Positions 1-12,440 of a stretch of DNA of 64,000 nucleotides are shown in pieces (within the stretch, counting starts at the first letter, position 1; the number at the start of each line of letters is the position of its first letter). Origin of the DNA: Octopus sinensis (taxonomy: Eukaryota); the NCBI RefSeq assembly GCF_006345805.1, contig NC_043008.1, forward strand, positions 68,448,001 to 68,512,000, given 5' to 3'. The position numbers and the translations under genes are program-made. The notes under the pieces are model-generated. The model searched no databases. It worked only from the letters and a program-made list of their open reading frames with translations, and was not told the DNA's origin.

Positions 1-362
1 TCCATAGCCTTTTAACTATGGGATCTGGTGTGGCCCCTAGCCTTGCCAGCCCCTGTCAAGCCGTCCAACTCATACCAATATGGAAAAGAGACATTAAAGG
101 ATGATGACAATGATATAACAAGTTTCTTTCAGTTTCTATCCAGTTTTATCAGACCAGAAAAACACATTCGTCCAAGATGATGATCAGTGGGACTGAACCT
201 GGAAACTAGAAATCATGTGGTTGAGCAGTAAACTTGTTAACCATACAGCCATGTGTGCATCTGTGGATTAGATTTTTAACTTATTGTAAACACTATCTGA
301 GTTATTGGGAATAATAAACTTGGTGTCTAATGCGCGCTCGCACTTGTGTATATATATATATA

Positions 363-962
363 TGGCACGTAAAATACTCCAATGCGACCGTACGACAGGC
401 ACCCTTGCCAACCCCCTTTGCTTGTGAAGACATGTTGGGGCAAGCGAAATCGAAATCGAATTGAACCAGCCAGTATCCCTGGTCTGGTGGTACGTAAAGC
501 ACTATCCGACTCGTGGCCGTGGCACGTAAAATACTCCAATGCGACCGTACGACAGGCACCCTTGCCAACCCCCTTTGCTTGTGAAGACATGTTGGGGCAA
601 GCGAAATCGAAATCGAATTGAACCAGCCAGGATCCCTGGTCTGGTGGTACGTAAAAAGCACTATCCGACTCGTGGCCGATGCCAGCACCGCCTCGACTGG
701 CTTCCGTGCCGGTGGCACATAAAATACACCAATCTGACCGTGGCCGTTGCCAGCCCCGCCTGGCACCTGTGCAGGTGGCACGTAAAAAGCACCCACTACA
801 CTCACGGAGTGGTTGGCGTTAGGAAGGGCATCCAGCTGTAGAAACATTGCCAAATTAGACTGGAGCCTGGTGCAGCCTTCTGGCTTCCCAGAACCCCGGT
901 CGAACCGTCCAACCCATGCTAGCATGGAGAACGGACGTTAAACGACGATGATGATGATGATG
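363..962 (+). mobile_element. 3' end of an RTE-type LINE (or derived non-autonomous element) with (GAT)n tail and an internal 157-bp tandem duplication
   Basis: Ends in GTTAAACGACGATGATGATG; units 363-519 and 520-678 are near identical; the same 3' region recurs many times in the window. Confidence 0.75.
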
Positions 963-1000
963 ATATATATATATACATATATATATATATATTTATATAT

Positions 1001-1795
1001 CATCATCATCATCATCAGTTAACGTCCATTGACCATGCTGGTATGGGTTGGATGGTTTAACTGGGTAGGCACGCTGGAAGCTGCACCTGACTCTTGTCTG
1101 ATTTGGCATGGTTTTCTATGGCTGAATCCCTTTCCTAACGCCAACCACTCCGAGAGTGTAATGGGTGCTTTTGTATGCAACTGATACAGGTACCAATTTG
1201 CATGACACCGGTATCTGCCACGGTATCTGATTTTGCTCAGCTTGATGGGTCTTCTTCCCAAGCATGACATAGTGCCAAAAGTTTTGATCATTGCCTCTGT
1301 GAGGACTAACACTCAGAAGGAACTCAGCCACTTCGCCTCTGTGAGACCCAATGCTCGAAAGGAACTCAGCCACCTTGCCTCTGTGAGGCCCAACACTGAA
1401 CAGGAACTTAGCCACCTTGCCTCCATGAGGTTCAGCGCTCTTGAAAGGGACTCAGCCACTTTGTTTCTGTGAAGCTCAAGTTCAAAAGATGTTCTTTACA
1501 TGCCACCAGCATGGGTGCACTTGGCTTGATGGGTCCTCTCAAGCACAGCACATCGCCAAAGGTCTCGGTCACCAGTCATTGCCTCTGTGAGGCCCAAAGT
1601 TCGAAGATCGTGCTTCACCACCTCATCCCATGTCTTCCTGGGTCTACCTCTACCACAGGTTCCCTCCACAGTTAGAGATCGGCACTTCTTTATACAACTT
1701 CCTCGTCCATATGTCTCACATGACCATACCAGTGCATTCATATCTCTTGCACATCACATCTGATTCCTCTTATGCCTAACTTTTCTCTCAAGATG
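1001..1795 (-). mobile_element. RTE-clade LINE 3' fragments with a 42-bp internal minisatellite
   Basis: Minus-strand peptide ...SCIKKCRSLTVEGTCGRGRPRKTWDEVVKHDLRTLGLTEAM..., typical of the RTE ORF C-terminus; (CAT)n tail at 1001. Confidence 0.85.
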
Positions 1796-1964
1796 CTTAT
1801 ATATACACACACACACGATTCGATGGGTAAAGGTTGCCATTTTATACTTTTAATTTTGTGCATGCACATTACTTGTTTGTGATTTTGTCAATTACACAGT
1901 ATAGTAGGGTCAGTTGGGCAAAAATATCATCATGATGCATTTCATTCCGCTAGAAATTTGGTAA

Positions 1965-2192
1965 TGGTGGTGAGCTGGCAGAAACGTTAGCACGTTGGGC
2001 GAAATTCTTAGTTGTATTTCCTCTGTCTTTATGTTTTGAGTTCGAATTCCGCCAAGGTCGACTTTGCCTTTCATCCTTTCGGGGTCGATAAATTAAGTAC
2101 CAGTTAAGCACTGGGGTCAATGTAATCGACTTAATCTCTTTGTCTGTCCTTGTTTTTCCCCTCTATGTTTAGCCCCTTATGGGCAATAAATA
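1965..2192 (+). mobile_element. tRNA-derived SINE with Deu/Nin-like core; 13-bp TSD
   Basis: A/B-box-like head, core GCCTTTCATCCTTTCGGGGTCGATAAATTAAGTACCAG; TSD AGAAATTTGGTAA at 1952-1964 and 2193-2205. Confidence 0.8.
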
Positions 2193-3523
2193 AGAAATTT
2201 GGTAACGACATGGGATTCGCACTGGAAGCTCCAATATGAACATAGTGCAATCTAAGCACATGTACTGAGAGTGATAAAAATCAAACACCCAGTCAACGTC
2301 ATGGTGTTTAGAGTGATCACTAGTGATGACACTATTTTCATTTTTGCATAATTTAGATGACAGTTTATTCACCGCATATGGTTGGTAAGGAAGCTACTTA
2401 GCACACAGCCACTCCTGTGCCTGTTTATAATTTTATTCTACAACAATGTATATTTAGTATTCATAGGTTTTAGTATTTGGTATTCATGTGTTCATTGTAA
2501 CTGCTGTCATTGTTTTTTTTCTGTGAGAAAAGTGCTGTTGAAATATTATGGGGAATTTGCTGATTCAAGTTCGAATCTACTCTATGCCTAATTGAAGTCA
2601 CTACACACTATAAGGAGAACGACAGCATATTTTCGTGAGAATGGGGAACATATTGAAATATCAAGTGTTAGGTGAAATAGTGGGAAGAAAACTAAATATT
2701 GTTTGTTGTATTTGGGGATGGTCATAGTTTTTGCAAATTAACCACATGCCAAGATATATATATATATATATATATAAATACACACTTGTTCTTCACTTCA
2801 GCTGTATAATTATGTTTATCTTAGTGTCCTTTGTTTGAAATCCCAGGATATGTAACAAAAGATTTTTAATGAAGGACTCTAAAATAATAATAATAAAAAA
2901 GCTGAACTGAAGAACAAGTATATAGTGCGTGTGGTAAATTGGCAAAAAAATATGACCCCCTCCAAATATAACAATATCTGTTTCAACATGAATTCACATC
3001 AGAAATCTTGCAAAACAAATACATAAACGTCAATATTGTTTAGTTTCATTTTAAGAGAGAAAAAGTTAGGTTACTCATACGTATTTAATTTGAGGCAACA
3101 TTAACAAATACATTAATTTTATGATGTAATGATGTAAATGACAGCTTAGAAACAACATGAGAAATAGAAATATAATTACATTTTATAATTAATGCTGTAA
3201 TTAAATACTTCTAAGTTACCTAAATGTGTTTTCTGTGTAATAAATTTGCTTTTAAAATGAACTCATTAAGTCTTGTTTTTACATCATTACATCTTAAAAT
3301 TAATGTTTTTCTTTTAAAAAGCTGTTTCAGTGTTTTCGTTTCCTGTCACGTCGTTATATCTTAATGCATTTTTAAATGTTTCTTATTAAGTAATTGAAGT
3401 TATCGAAATTAATTTTTTTCATCTTAGAATAACAGGAAACAATAATTTTCGTTTCATTATTTTATGTAACCATGATGCTTTTAATCTTTCCCCATTTTCT
3501 TAAAATTATGCTGTAGAAAGAAT

Positions 3524-4675
3524 CTTGGAGTTGGTGAGGTAATAGTGAAATTTAAGAGTAGATGCTCCTCTCCCTAATATATGCCAGCCAAACCATGTAA
3601 AAGAGGCAGGAAAGCCTATGCCATTGATTCAAAACTTCAATATTTACACAGGCAAAGATAAGGGTGTAACAGGCTGAGAAAACATTCAGTTTGGCACTAA
3701 AGTTATCACTGACCTGGCCAGGCCTTATTACAGAAAGAAACATGTTTATTTCGATATCTTCACATCAGTGAAATTACTTGAGGAGCTTCTCTGAAAAAAG
3801 ACTTATTCCCATAGCACTGTAAGTCTGAATTCTAAAGTCCTACCAGATGCTGTGAAGTTGAAGAATAGAAGTGAAAAATAAAATGCAAAAAGATAAACTG
3901 ACAGCAATCATCTGGTGTGAGGATAAAAGGCTGGTTAGTGTGTTGACAACTACCAACAAAACAGGAAACTACCAGGTGATCAAGGAAGGAAAACCAAATT
4001 AGACATTAATAACTCAAAACCCATAACAACGCAGGAGTAGGCAAACAATTTTAACCCTTTAACAATCAGGTTACTCTGTCAAATGTAATGTTTGTTTAGT
4101 CACATTGTTTTGAATTAATCGTGTGTTTTAGTTTTATAATAGCATTGTGGGGTAGATGTGAGAGGCTGCATCTGGTAAGTTTGAACATAAAAACAGGGAG
4201 AATATTTGGGCCAGTTTGAATGCTGAAGGGTTAATGTCGATAAGGGTGATCAGCTGTGCTCTTGTTATGGAATTGCAGATAAGGCAAAGAAGTGGTGGAA
4301 ATATGTTTTGGTTTGTTGTTGATGTTACATGGTGAATACATATATTTTGTACAGAGAAGCCTCTGGTGCTTCTTAACCAAATACTTTCTCACACCTTGAT
4401 TTTCACCTGGTTGTGGCCAGAGATCTCATCAGTGGATACAGCTGTAGAAAGGGAGCTTCATCATTGCACATTGAACCTCTCTTGATAAAAAACAAATGAT
4501 GTTTTGCATGAAACTACAAAAATTCGGTCTAAATGTGGTGTTAGAAACTCTTCTGTGTTCTCAGAAAGGTGAGTACACCGAATCAGGCCAGAAGATCCAG
4601 ACTTCATTTGAGTGTATGTGGTGCAGTGTTACTTTGTGCAAGGACAGAGGTTGCTTTGCTGCGTTTCACAATTAG
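3524..4675 (+). mobile_element. Degenerate piggyBac (PGBD-like) transposase relic
   Basis: Frameshifted translation: LGVGEVIVKFKSR..YMPAKPCKRG; FNIYTGKD; VITDLARPYYRKKHVYFDIFTSVKLLEELL; WCEDKRLVSVLTT; VDKGDQLCSCYGIADKAKKWWKY; C-terminal cysteine-rich CSQKG...TSFECMWCSVTLCKDRGCFAAFHN*. Confidence 0.9.
4055..4230. mobile_element. TTAA-flanked piggyBac-type MITE nested in the piggyBac relic
   Basis: TTAA at 4051-4054 and 4231-4234; termini CCCTT...AAGGG; related copies at 20682-21342 and 60554-60771. Confidence 0.8.
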
Positions 4676-5378
4676 GAACATTATGACTAGAACTCTGTTG
4701 GTTTTAACGACAAGGCTTGCTTCCAATCAATGGAACATGAAGTTAATCACCCTTTTGTTTTTTTTAATTGTGTAAGTTTTGTTTCTTGCATAATTGTAAA
4801 TATGTTGGCATACATCCTTCGTTCCAGAGTACCAAACGATGTAATTTAACAGAAGTACAGTGTTCCCTTGCTTTTATTGTCGATACAGGGTCTTCTAGAG
4901 GAGATATGGAGGAGAAAATGTGTGTGTGAGAAAAAGAGAGAATTAGTATGAAACAGACAATTAGTGAGAGAGTGGGTCTTTCACCATCTCGTTTCTTGAA
5001 CTTTTCCCACTTTACCCCAGGTGGGACCTCAAACTCGGGATATTTCCTTTGTGCATTTTAAGAAGATTTTGGTTTTGTGAGCAAATGTTGGAAAAGAAAT
5101 TCATTGAGAAATGGTAGCATTACTTCAAGAGAAGCAGACTAATATTAACACCGAGTTGGATTCTGTTTGTATTATAAATTAAGGAGTCAGAGGTAAAGGT
5201 TTTGTGTACTAAATAGCACAGCCTTGATTTGAACATGTGACAAAAATATTTTCCTCAAAGTTGTATGCATGTGTTTTACGTTAAATGCGAGATGAAATAT
5301 GAAATAGAGCAAGGGAGATAATTAGGATATGCAGATTAGTGATAGCAATGGAAATTGTGAATGAATATTGTCTGAACC

Positions 5379-5433
<55 letters not shown>

Positions 5434-5436
<3 letters not shown>

Positions 5437-5808
5437 GAGGTGCAATGGCCCAGTGGTTAGGGCAGCACTCGCGGTCATAGGATCGTGGTTTCGATTCCCA
5501 GACCGGGCGTTGTGAGTGTTTATTGAACGAAAACACCTAAAAGCTCCACGAGACTCCGGCAGGGGATGGTGGTGATCCCTGCTGTACTCTTTCACCACAA
5601 CTTTCTCTCACTCTTACTTCCTGTTTCTGTTGTACCTGTACTTCAAAGGGCCGGCCTTGTCACTCTCTGTGTCACGCTGAATATCCCCGAGAACTACGTT
5701 AAGGTGTCTGTGGAGTGCTCAGCCACTTACACGTTAATTTCACGAGCAGGCTGTTCCGTTGATTCGGATCAACCGGAACCCTCGTCGTCGTAACCGACGG
5801 AGTGCTTC

Positions 5809-5810
<2 letters not shown>
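5434..5810 (+). mobile_element. tRNA-derived SINE inserted in a (TA)n microsatellite
   Basis: A box TGGCCCAGTGG, B box GTTTCGATTCC; ~300-bp non-tRNA body; (CA)n tail; long (TA)n on both sides; CpG-rich, so probably young. Confidence 0.8.
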
Positions 5811-5876
<66 letters not shown>

Positions 5877-6252
5877 AATATATAAAAATAAATAAGTAAC
5901 AAAGATGTACCGGAATCTGCACTTCGGAAATATATCAGAAATATTGGGTACAAATACCTCTGCATGTTCCCTTGCCTTTATTGTTGATACAGGGTCTTCT
6001 ATATGTGGAAGATCTTCAGTATTCAAATAATATTGTTGGGGAGTGCAGATTACACTGAATTAGCAAGGTGCTTCAATTTAAGTACCCAATTCAACTGAAT
6101 CTTATATATATATGGTACAGACAATATTCATTCACAATTTTCAACTGCTCATTTTATACATAATTTTTTCACTTTCATTGTTGGTCTTTTTCTTGTGTGT
6201 GTATGTATATATTTCACACACATGCATTCACATGTTTTTGCTTTTCTTTCAG

Positions 6253-6363
6253 TTTCCAAAACCAATTACAGAGACTTCTCTTGGATATATAGATACAGTG
6301 GGGAAATTAGAAGATCTGTGTAGAGATTTAGCCAAAGAAGAAGTCATTGCTGTTGATTTGGAG
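6253..6363 (+). CDS. EXOSC10: EXOSC10/RRP6 internal exon (FPKPITETSLGYIDTVGKLEDLCRDLAKEEVIAVDLE), ExoI motif D-x-E; first exon found in window, gene 5'-incomplete
   Basis: ttttctttcAG acceptor at 6251-6252, GTAAGT donor at 6364; 111 nt, phase 0/0; AVDLE motif of RRP6-family DEDD-Y exonucleases. Confidence 0.96.
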
Positions 6364-6748
6364 GTAAGTCTGTATACATACATACATACATACATATATA
6401 TATATATCTTATACACATATAAAAGCAAATTGTCTGTTTGTTTCAAGTTGCCATCTACACCTGTTAATGAATTTTTGTGAAACTTTACAAACTTGCCGAA
6501 GTAACATCCAGTTTGTTACTAAGCTCATTGAAGTTTAATAAAAATGTATAATTGGATGGCTAGGGCCCCTGGAAGGGATCCACATATATAACTAATATAT
6601 TTTATTTTAACAGCCAAGGGAAATAACCCTTTTATTTTCCTATATTATTTGGTATGAATCAAGTTGAGTACGTTTATTTCTTAGAATTTGATCTGTTAAA
6701 GTTATTTTCGCAATTTATTTAGTAAGACCCTTAAATATGTAAATAGTA

Positions 6749-7150
6749 GGTGCAGGAGTGGCTGTGTGGTAAGTTCTTGCTTACCAACCACATGGTTGCG
6801 GGTTCATTCCCACTGCGTGGCACCTTGGGCAAGTGTCTTCTACTATAGCCTCGGGCCGACCAAAGCCTTGTGAGATGATTTGGTACATGGAAACTGAAAG
6901 AAGCCCATTGTATATATGTATATACATATATACGTGTATGTATATGTTTGTGTGTCCCTCCCCAACATCGCTTGACAACCAATGGTGGTGTGTTTACGTC
7001 CCCCGTATCTTAGCGGTTCGGCAAAAGAGACCGATAGAATAAGTACTAGGCTTACAAAGAATAAGTCCTGGGGTCGATTTGCTCGACTAAAGGTGGTGCT
7101 CCAGCATGGTCACAGTCAAATGACTGAAACAAGTAAAAGAGTAAAAGAGA
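6749..7150 (+). mobile_element. tRNA-derived SINE of the most abundant family (GGCACCTTGGGCAAGTGTCTT core); other copies near 16613-17010, 21881-22224, 30110-30470, 45400-45800 and 61020-61400 (-)
   Basis: Repeated head GGAGTGGCTGTGTGGTAAG..GGTTCAGTCCC, internal (TA/TG)n and tail ACTGAAACAAGTAAAAGAG in many copies. Confidence 0.85.
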
Positions 7151-7289
7151 GAGTATTTTCCTAAACAATAGATCCACTTATTTTGGTTAGTGACTTATTC
7201 ATGAATATACCATGAATGACGATACCTTTCATGTCACTTCAGCCAATTGACAAGTGCTGCATGAAGAACTGTTCTGCTTTTAGACAAAT

Positions 7290-8425
7290 GCATTGTCATC
7301 ACAAAGGTCACACCCGGTTTTCCTGTATGAACACCTTCTTCAAATCTATTTGTACAGCTTGAAATTGGCCAGCGTGTATATTTCACAGAAGACAATACTC
7401 AAAATGTAGTTCTGAATCCACCAGAAACCACTTCGACAGCTTTCTTCAAATTGTGCCAGTGTGATCTGTTTGCCCGAACACTGTTGTATATTGAGGTCCC
7501 CATGTACTATAACCTGGGCACACAATAGATGGAACAGACACAAGCAAGGAGCATGCATTAAGGGCTGGGAAGAAGATGCTGTCATCAGAAGTGGCACCAT
7601 TGGGCGAGTGTACACTGTGCTCCCTAATCAGCAGGAGTGCTTCTTTCTGCATCTACTGCTGCACACTGTCAGAAGTTCTATGTCATGCAGAGACTTTCAA
7701 AGACAATGGGGGAAGGCTGCACAACCTACAGCGATGCCTGTGCCAAACATGGACTACTGGAGGACGATGCTCACTGGGACCAGACAGTGGAGGGGGCAGT
7801 ATTCAGCACAACTCTAAGTCAACTGCGCCAGCTATTTTCTATCATGTTGATGACATGTGGCTTGCGTGAACCTCTCAAGCAGTGGGTGACTCACAAAACC
7901 AGCATGGCAGAGGACATCCTACAAAGGATTCAAAGGCAAACTTCAGCGGAAGTTTCCACGTTCAATAACACCATTTACAATGAGGCATTACTTGACCTGG
8001 ACACCCGAGTGCAAGCTATGGAAGGTCAAGGCAATTCCACATTTAGTCTGCCTCAACCAGAGCACGCAGCTAACAGTCTTGTAATTGAGTACCTGCAAGA
8101 AATCAGCTATGACATCGAGGAAAAGAACACAAACTGATGTAGGACCAACTGGGTGTATATAACACCATTATTTCAAGCATTGAAAATGAAAGAGGAGGTT
8201 TTTTCTTTCTGGATGCTTCAGGTGGAACTGGCAAAACATTTGTCATCAACCTTCTTCTGGCTAAACATATTGCCATAGCAGTGGTGTCAAGTGGAATTGC
8301 TACAACTCTGCTAAGTGGTGGCTGCACAGCTCATTCCTGTTTCAAACTCCCTTTGGACCAGTCTAAGAAAGAGAAGACAAACTGCAACATCAGTTGTGGT
8401 TGTATAAAAGGCAAACTTCTATGAA
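7290..8425 (+). mobile_element. Helitron Rep/PIF1-helicase relic
   Basis: VYFTEDNTQNVVLNPPETTSTAFFKLC; IGRVYTVLPNQQECFFLHLLLHTVR; TYSDACAKHGLLEDDAHW; Walker A region [20 protein letters not shown] and [24 protein letters not shown], with frameshifts and stops. Confidence 0.92.
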
Positions 8426-8857
8426 GAATATCGAAAACATAAATTACAGCTTTGACATAGTGTAGAAAGAGAAGACAACAACTAGTAAATGTCATAAAAT
8501 TCTATAAGGGCAGCAATGACATCATTTTAACATTCACTTCATGCTTGCATGGGTCAGATGGAATTTAATTGAGGTAGATTTTAAGGTGGTGATCTGGCAG
8601 AAACATTAACATGCCGGGCGAAGTGCTTAGCGGTATTTCATCTGTTTTTATGTTTTGAGTTCAAATTCCGCCAAAGTTCAATTTGCATTTCATCTTTTTG
8701 GGGTCGATAAATTAAGTACCAGTTGTGTACTGGGGTTGATCTAATCGACTGACCCTCTCCTCCAAAATTTTGTACAGAAGAATTGAGGTAGATTTTCTGA
8801 GGCTGAATGCTGTCTTCAGTTTCCAAGTAAGGTAATATTTCCCCTTGGCCAGCTATA

Positions 8858-11172
8858 CAGGGTGCATAAGGTATTTGAGGACATACCTTTTTGGAGTCAT
8901 TGCTGCATTTTTTGCTACCTCTGTATTATCTTTCAGAAAATTAATAATGGCAGACCCTCAGATTACTCAAGAAATGAAGAGGCATGCTGTTATTGTTGGT
9001 TATAAAGGCTGAGCATAGTGATTTAGAAATACCTCAATTTTTAAAATTTGCCAGATGTTTCATATACAAAGTTTGTAAAGAGCTAGAGACTGAAGATGGA
9101 AACATATCACCAGTATCAAAGCATAAAAATCATTCTAAATGCTCTGAAACCATCAAAACATCTGAATTTATCCAGCAAGTTCAACAGATCATTGATTACA
9201 ATCCCAGAAAGTCTGTGAGGTCAATTGCAAAAGATCTCCATATGTCAGAAGGAACAGTCAGAAATTTTGTCCACGAAGATGTCTAGATATAAGTCTTATA
9301 TGACAAGGAAAGGTCAGTTTGTCAGAAAAACAAAAGAAAATCTCTACATCAGATCTAAAAGGCTCTTAACCCTTTCGTTACTATATTTCTGACCAAAATA
9401 CACCCCTTATGTGTTTCAATTAATTTCTAACGTAATCATAAATTTAGTCTGGTTTCATTAAACAACTATAACTTTTTTATTTATCAATATATTAACGTGA
9501 ATTTTGGAAGATAATTTAATGAAATGTTCTCAACCAATTCTATACTATAATTTTTGTTACAAAGTGACTCTAATTGCAGGTAGATACAGGTAAATTCAAC
9601 AAAATATAAAATTATTAAAATTTTGTTCAAACATCGCTATAGAAAATATTAGCTAATATTCAATTGGGTATACAACAAAATTTTACGATAGAATTTGTTA
9701 TTCTGGGTAACTTTCTGATACCCATAATAATATTTATGGCAAAATAGTCTTAATTTCATTTAAGGTTGTGGGAAACCACTAACTATCCTTTCTTTCGTTT
9801 TGTTTACATTTAGCGTAACGGTTCGTTTCCGCCGTAATGATTTCAAATAGGCTCATTCGAAAAAATAAAAAGAAATAGTCTAAGGCTTTACTCTCCTGGG
9901 AAAGTCTGTGGCTTGATCCAGTTTCTTCAGAAAAATCACCGAAAGAAACAGTTTTTAAATTTTCACTCCATTCAGGTGCCAATTCATTTTCTTTATCGCT
10001 GTCGGAGCTCTCGGATTCACTGTTTTCACTTTCGGAAAATGAAACATCAGATTCATTATCAAATACCACGTGCTTTTTTTTTCAGTCATAGAGTTAGATT
10101 TATGAAGGTTTTCAGTAGAAAATCCTTCGAATTCTGACTCGCTGCTTGATATAATGAAATTCGTATCCATTTTTTGTCAGAATTACAAATTTTGAAAACA
10201 CAATAGGAACAAATTTCGGAAAAAAATCTCCCAAAATTCACGGAATTAAAATTACACTTCGATTGTTGTACAAAACTGTAGTTGAACTGTTTACGAAATA
10301 TAATACGTGTTTTCACGAATGTACTAAAGAGATTTGCTCTGATATTCTCATTTAAATATGAATAGGTAAATTCGGGCGGGTTGGTCACATTAACCAAAAT
10401 TTTTTTCGGGCGGCTTTGGGCAGTTTGGTATCGAAAGGGTTAAACAAACTGAAAAACCAGCAGAAGATGATTTGATTTGGTTTTTCTCAAACGAGAACAA
10501 CTTTGACTAAGATCAAAAAGTTAACAGAAGAAATGACAGATGGTTATGTGGAGACCCTTCTGAAGTTCCAAGTGTTATGCATACAAAATTCCCTGCAACT
10601 ATCATGGTTTTAGGGGTTGTCAGCAATGAAGCACATGTAATGCCACCTTACTTCTTTCCACAAGGCCTTAGAGTTAACTCTGCTGCCTACACTGAGGTCC
10701 TGAAAATAATTGTTAAGCCCTGGGTATACAGTGTATGCAATGGAAAGCCATGTGTTTCAGTAAGACTCTTGCACTATCACACATGACTCTAGTATCACAG
10801 GAATGGATGGCTGAAAATTTTCATGACCACATAACCCCTAACATTCGGCCTCCTAATTCCCCAAATCTCAATCTATTGGACTGTTACATGTGGAGCATTG
10901 TTGAGAGAGAGGTCAATGAACAAGCCCATAACAACAAAGATACTTTGAAAGCCGCCATAGTCAGCATAATGTCCAAAATGAACCAGGACCACTTGATTCA
11001 AGCATGTAGATGATTTAGATCTCACATAGAAGCAGTTGTTGAAACTGAAGGTGCTTTTATTGAATAACATTATAGAAAAGGTTTATTTTTATCCTCATAG
11101 CATTTTTTGATAAATAAAGTTATTATCTGTTATTATATATCTGTTTTTTTATAACATAAATCTGTCCTCAAA
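8858..11172 (+). mobile_element. Tc1/mariner-superfamily (maT/DD37D-like) transposon relic, split by a piggyBac insertion
   Basis: TA|CAGGGTG left end; HTH region SVRSIAKDLHMSEGTVR; WFFSNENNFD*DQKVNRRNDRWL; HTKFPATIMVLGVVS; RPPNSPNLNLLDCYMWS; right TIR remnant TGTCCTCAAA (11163-11172) complementary to TTTGAGGACA. Confidence 0.9.
9370..10439 (-). mobile_element. Internally deleted piggyBac element with TTAA TSD
   Basis: TTAA at 9366-9369 and 10440-10443; TIRs CCCTTTCGTTAC / GTATCGAAAGGG; minus ORF 9779-10069 encodes an acidic N-terminus plus ALDYFFLFF...IITAETNRYA, typical of the piggyBac transposase N-terminus. Confidence 0.9.
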
Positions 11173-11307
11173 CATTGTTTTCTTTTTGTTTTTCTTAACA
11201 TTTTAGATAATATTCTGTTAAGAATTTCTTCTGAGTCTGTTTCAGGATTTGGAGAGTGTGAAGATAAAATGCAGCTCTGTTTGATATTCTATTTTTGTCT
11301 TTTACAG

Positions 11308-11451
11308 CATCATTCTTACCGAACGTTCCAAGGTCTAACATGTTTGATGCAGATTTCTACATATGATCAGGACTTCATTATAGACACACTAGAACTACGG
11401 AAAGAGCTAGAGTTACTCAACGACGTCTTTACAGATCCTAAAATTGTAAAA
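11308..11451 (+). CDS. EXOSC10: EXOSC10 exon ([48 protein letters not shown])
   Basis: tttacAG acceptor, GTAAGT donor at 11452; 144 nt, phase 0/0; highly conserved RRP6 [15 protein letters not shown] motif. Confidence 0.98.
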
Positions 11452-12440
11452 GTAAGTCGTCCATTGAAACTGATTTCTACAAATGTACCTGATTAAATAT
11501 ATCTTTGTTACTTTTATCTGGGTTTCTCAACAGGTGTACAGCATAGCTCCAATTATGAAGATCAGCTCTATCTTATAATATTAGTATAACAAGAGTTTTT
11601 CTTGTGGACATAAGCCATGCCTTATAACAGGAGCTTCAATTGCGAAGATCAGACCAGCCTTGTAACAGGAACTCTGTCTTATAACAAGAATATAACAAGA
11701 GCTCTGTGGAGATCAGCTGTCTTATAAGAAAGTAACTGTAAATTTTTTTTGTCATAGTCAGTCAAGTCTTCCAAAAGAAATTCATCAAGAATTCATTGGG
11801 ATAATTGCCATTCATCATCATCTTTCCATGCTGCCACGTTGCTAAAAACTTTGCTTCATGTCATTGCGTAGTTCTGGGTTCAATCCTGCTATACAACATC
11901 TTGAGCAAGTGACTTTTACCATAGGCCTGGGGTTGATGAATATTTTGTAAATGAAATTTAACAGATATGAAAACTGTGCAGAAACCCATACAACTATAAT
12001 TGTTTCTATTCTTTGGCATTGGGTGATCTTACAGCTCTTCTACTGAAACACTCCGAAACCATTCATCTCTTCACTTCCTGTCCACTGTGTATCTGTCCCC
12101 ACCAGATGCCACCTAAACCACTATCTGCAGTTCTTCTTCCCCCAGAACATTGGCTGTCTGGAATATTCTCTCTGCTTTTATGTTTCTTGCTGGTGTCAAC
12201 TTCCAAAGTTCAAATGAAATATTAATGGCATCAATTTCTCTGCTTAGAATCCTTGCACAGGTCATAAGGCTCTGCCTTGTTTTCCAGGTCCAGCAAGTTA
12301 AAAAAAAAGAAATATATGTGTATTTGTATCATCATCATTTAATGTTCATTTTCTTTGGTTTGATGGTTTGACAGGCTCCAACAAACCATAGAGCTGTGTT
12401 GTGCTCCAGTGACAGCTTTGTTTTCATTTCTATGGTTGAG

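Noticed and set aside
302-925. 207-aa minus-strand ORF as a gene
   Set aside because: It lies wholly in the antisense of a repeated retroelement 3' region and ends in a (TA)n-derived YIYI sequence. Similar peptides recur throughout the ORF track.
4400-4440. Minus-strand CTGATGA...GAAA as a hammerhead
   Set aside because: Stem II is not closed next to the core, and no stem III, NUH triplet or stem I can be formed.
5434-5510. tRNA gene
   Set aside because: A and B boxes are present, but there is no cloverleaf acceptor stem or poly-T terminator, and it continues into a 300-bp body with a (CA)n tail. It is a SINE head.
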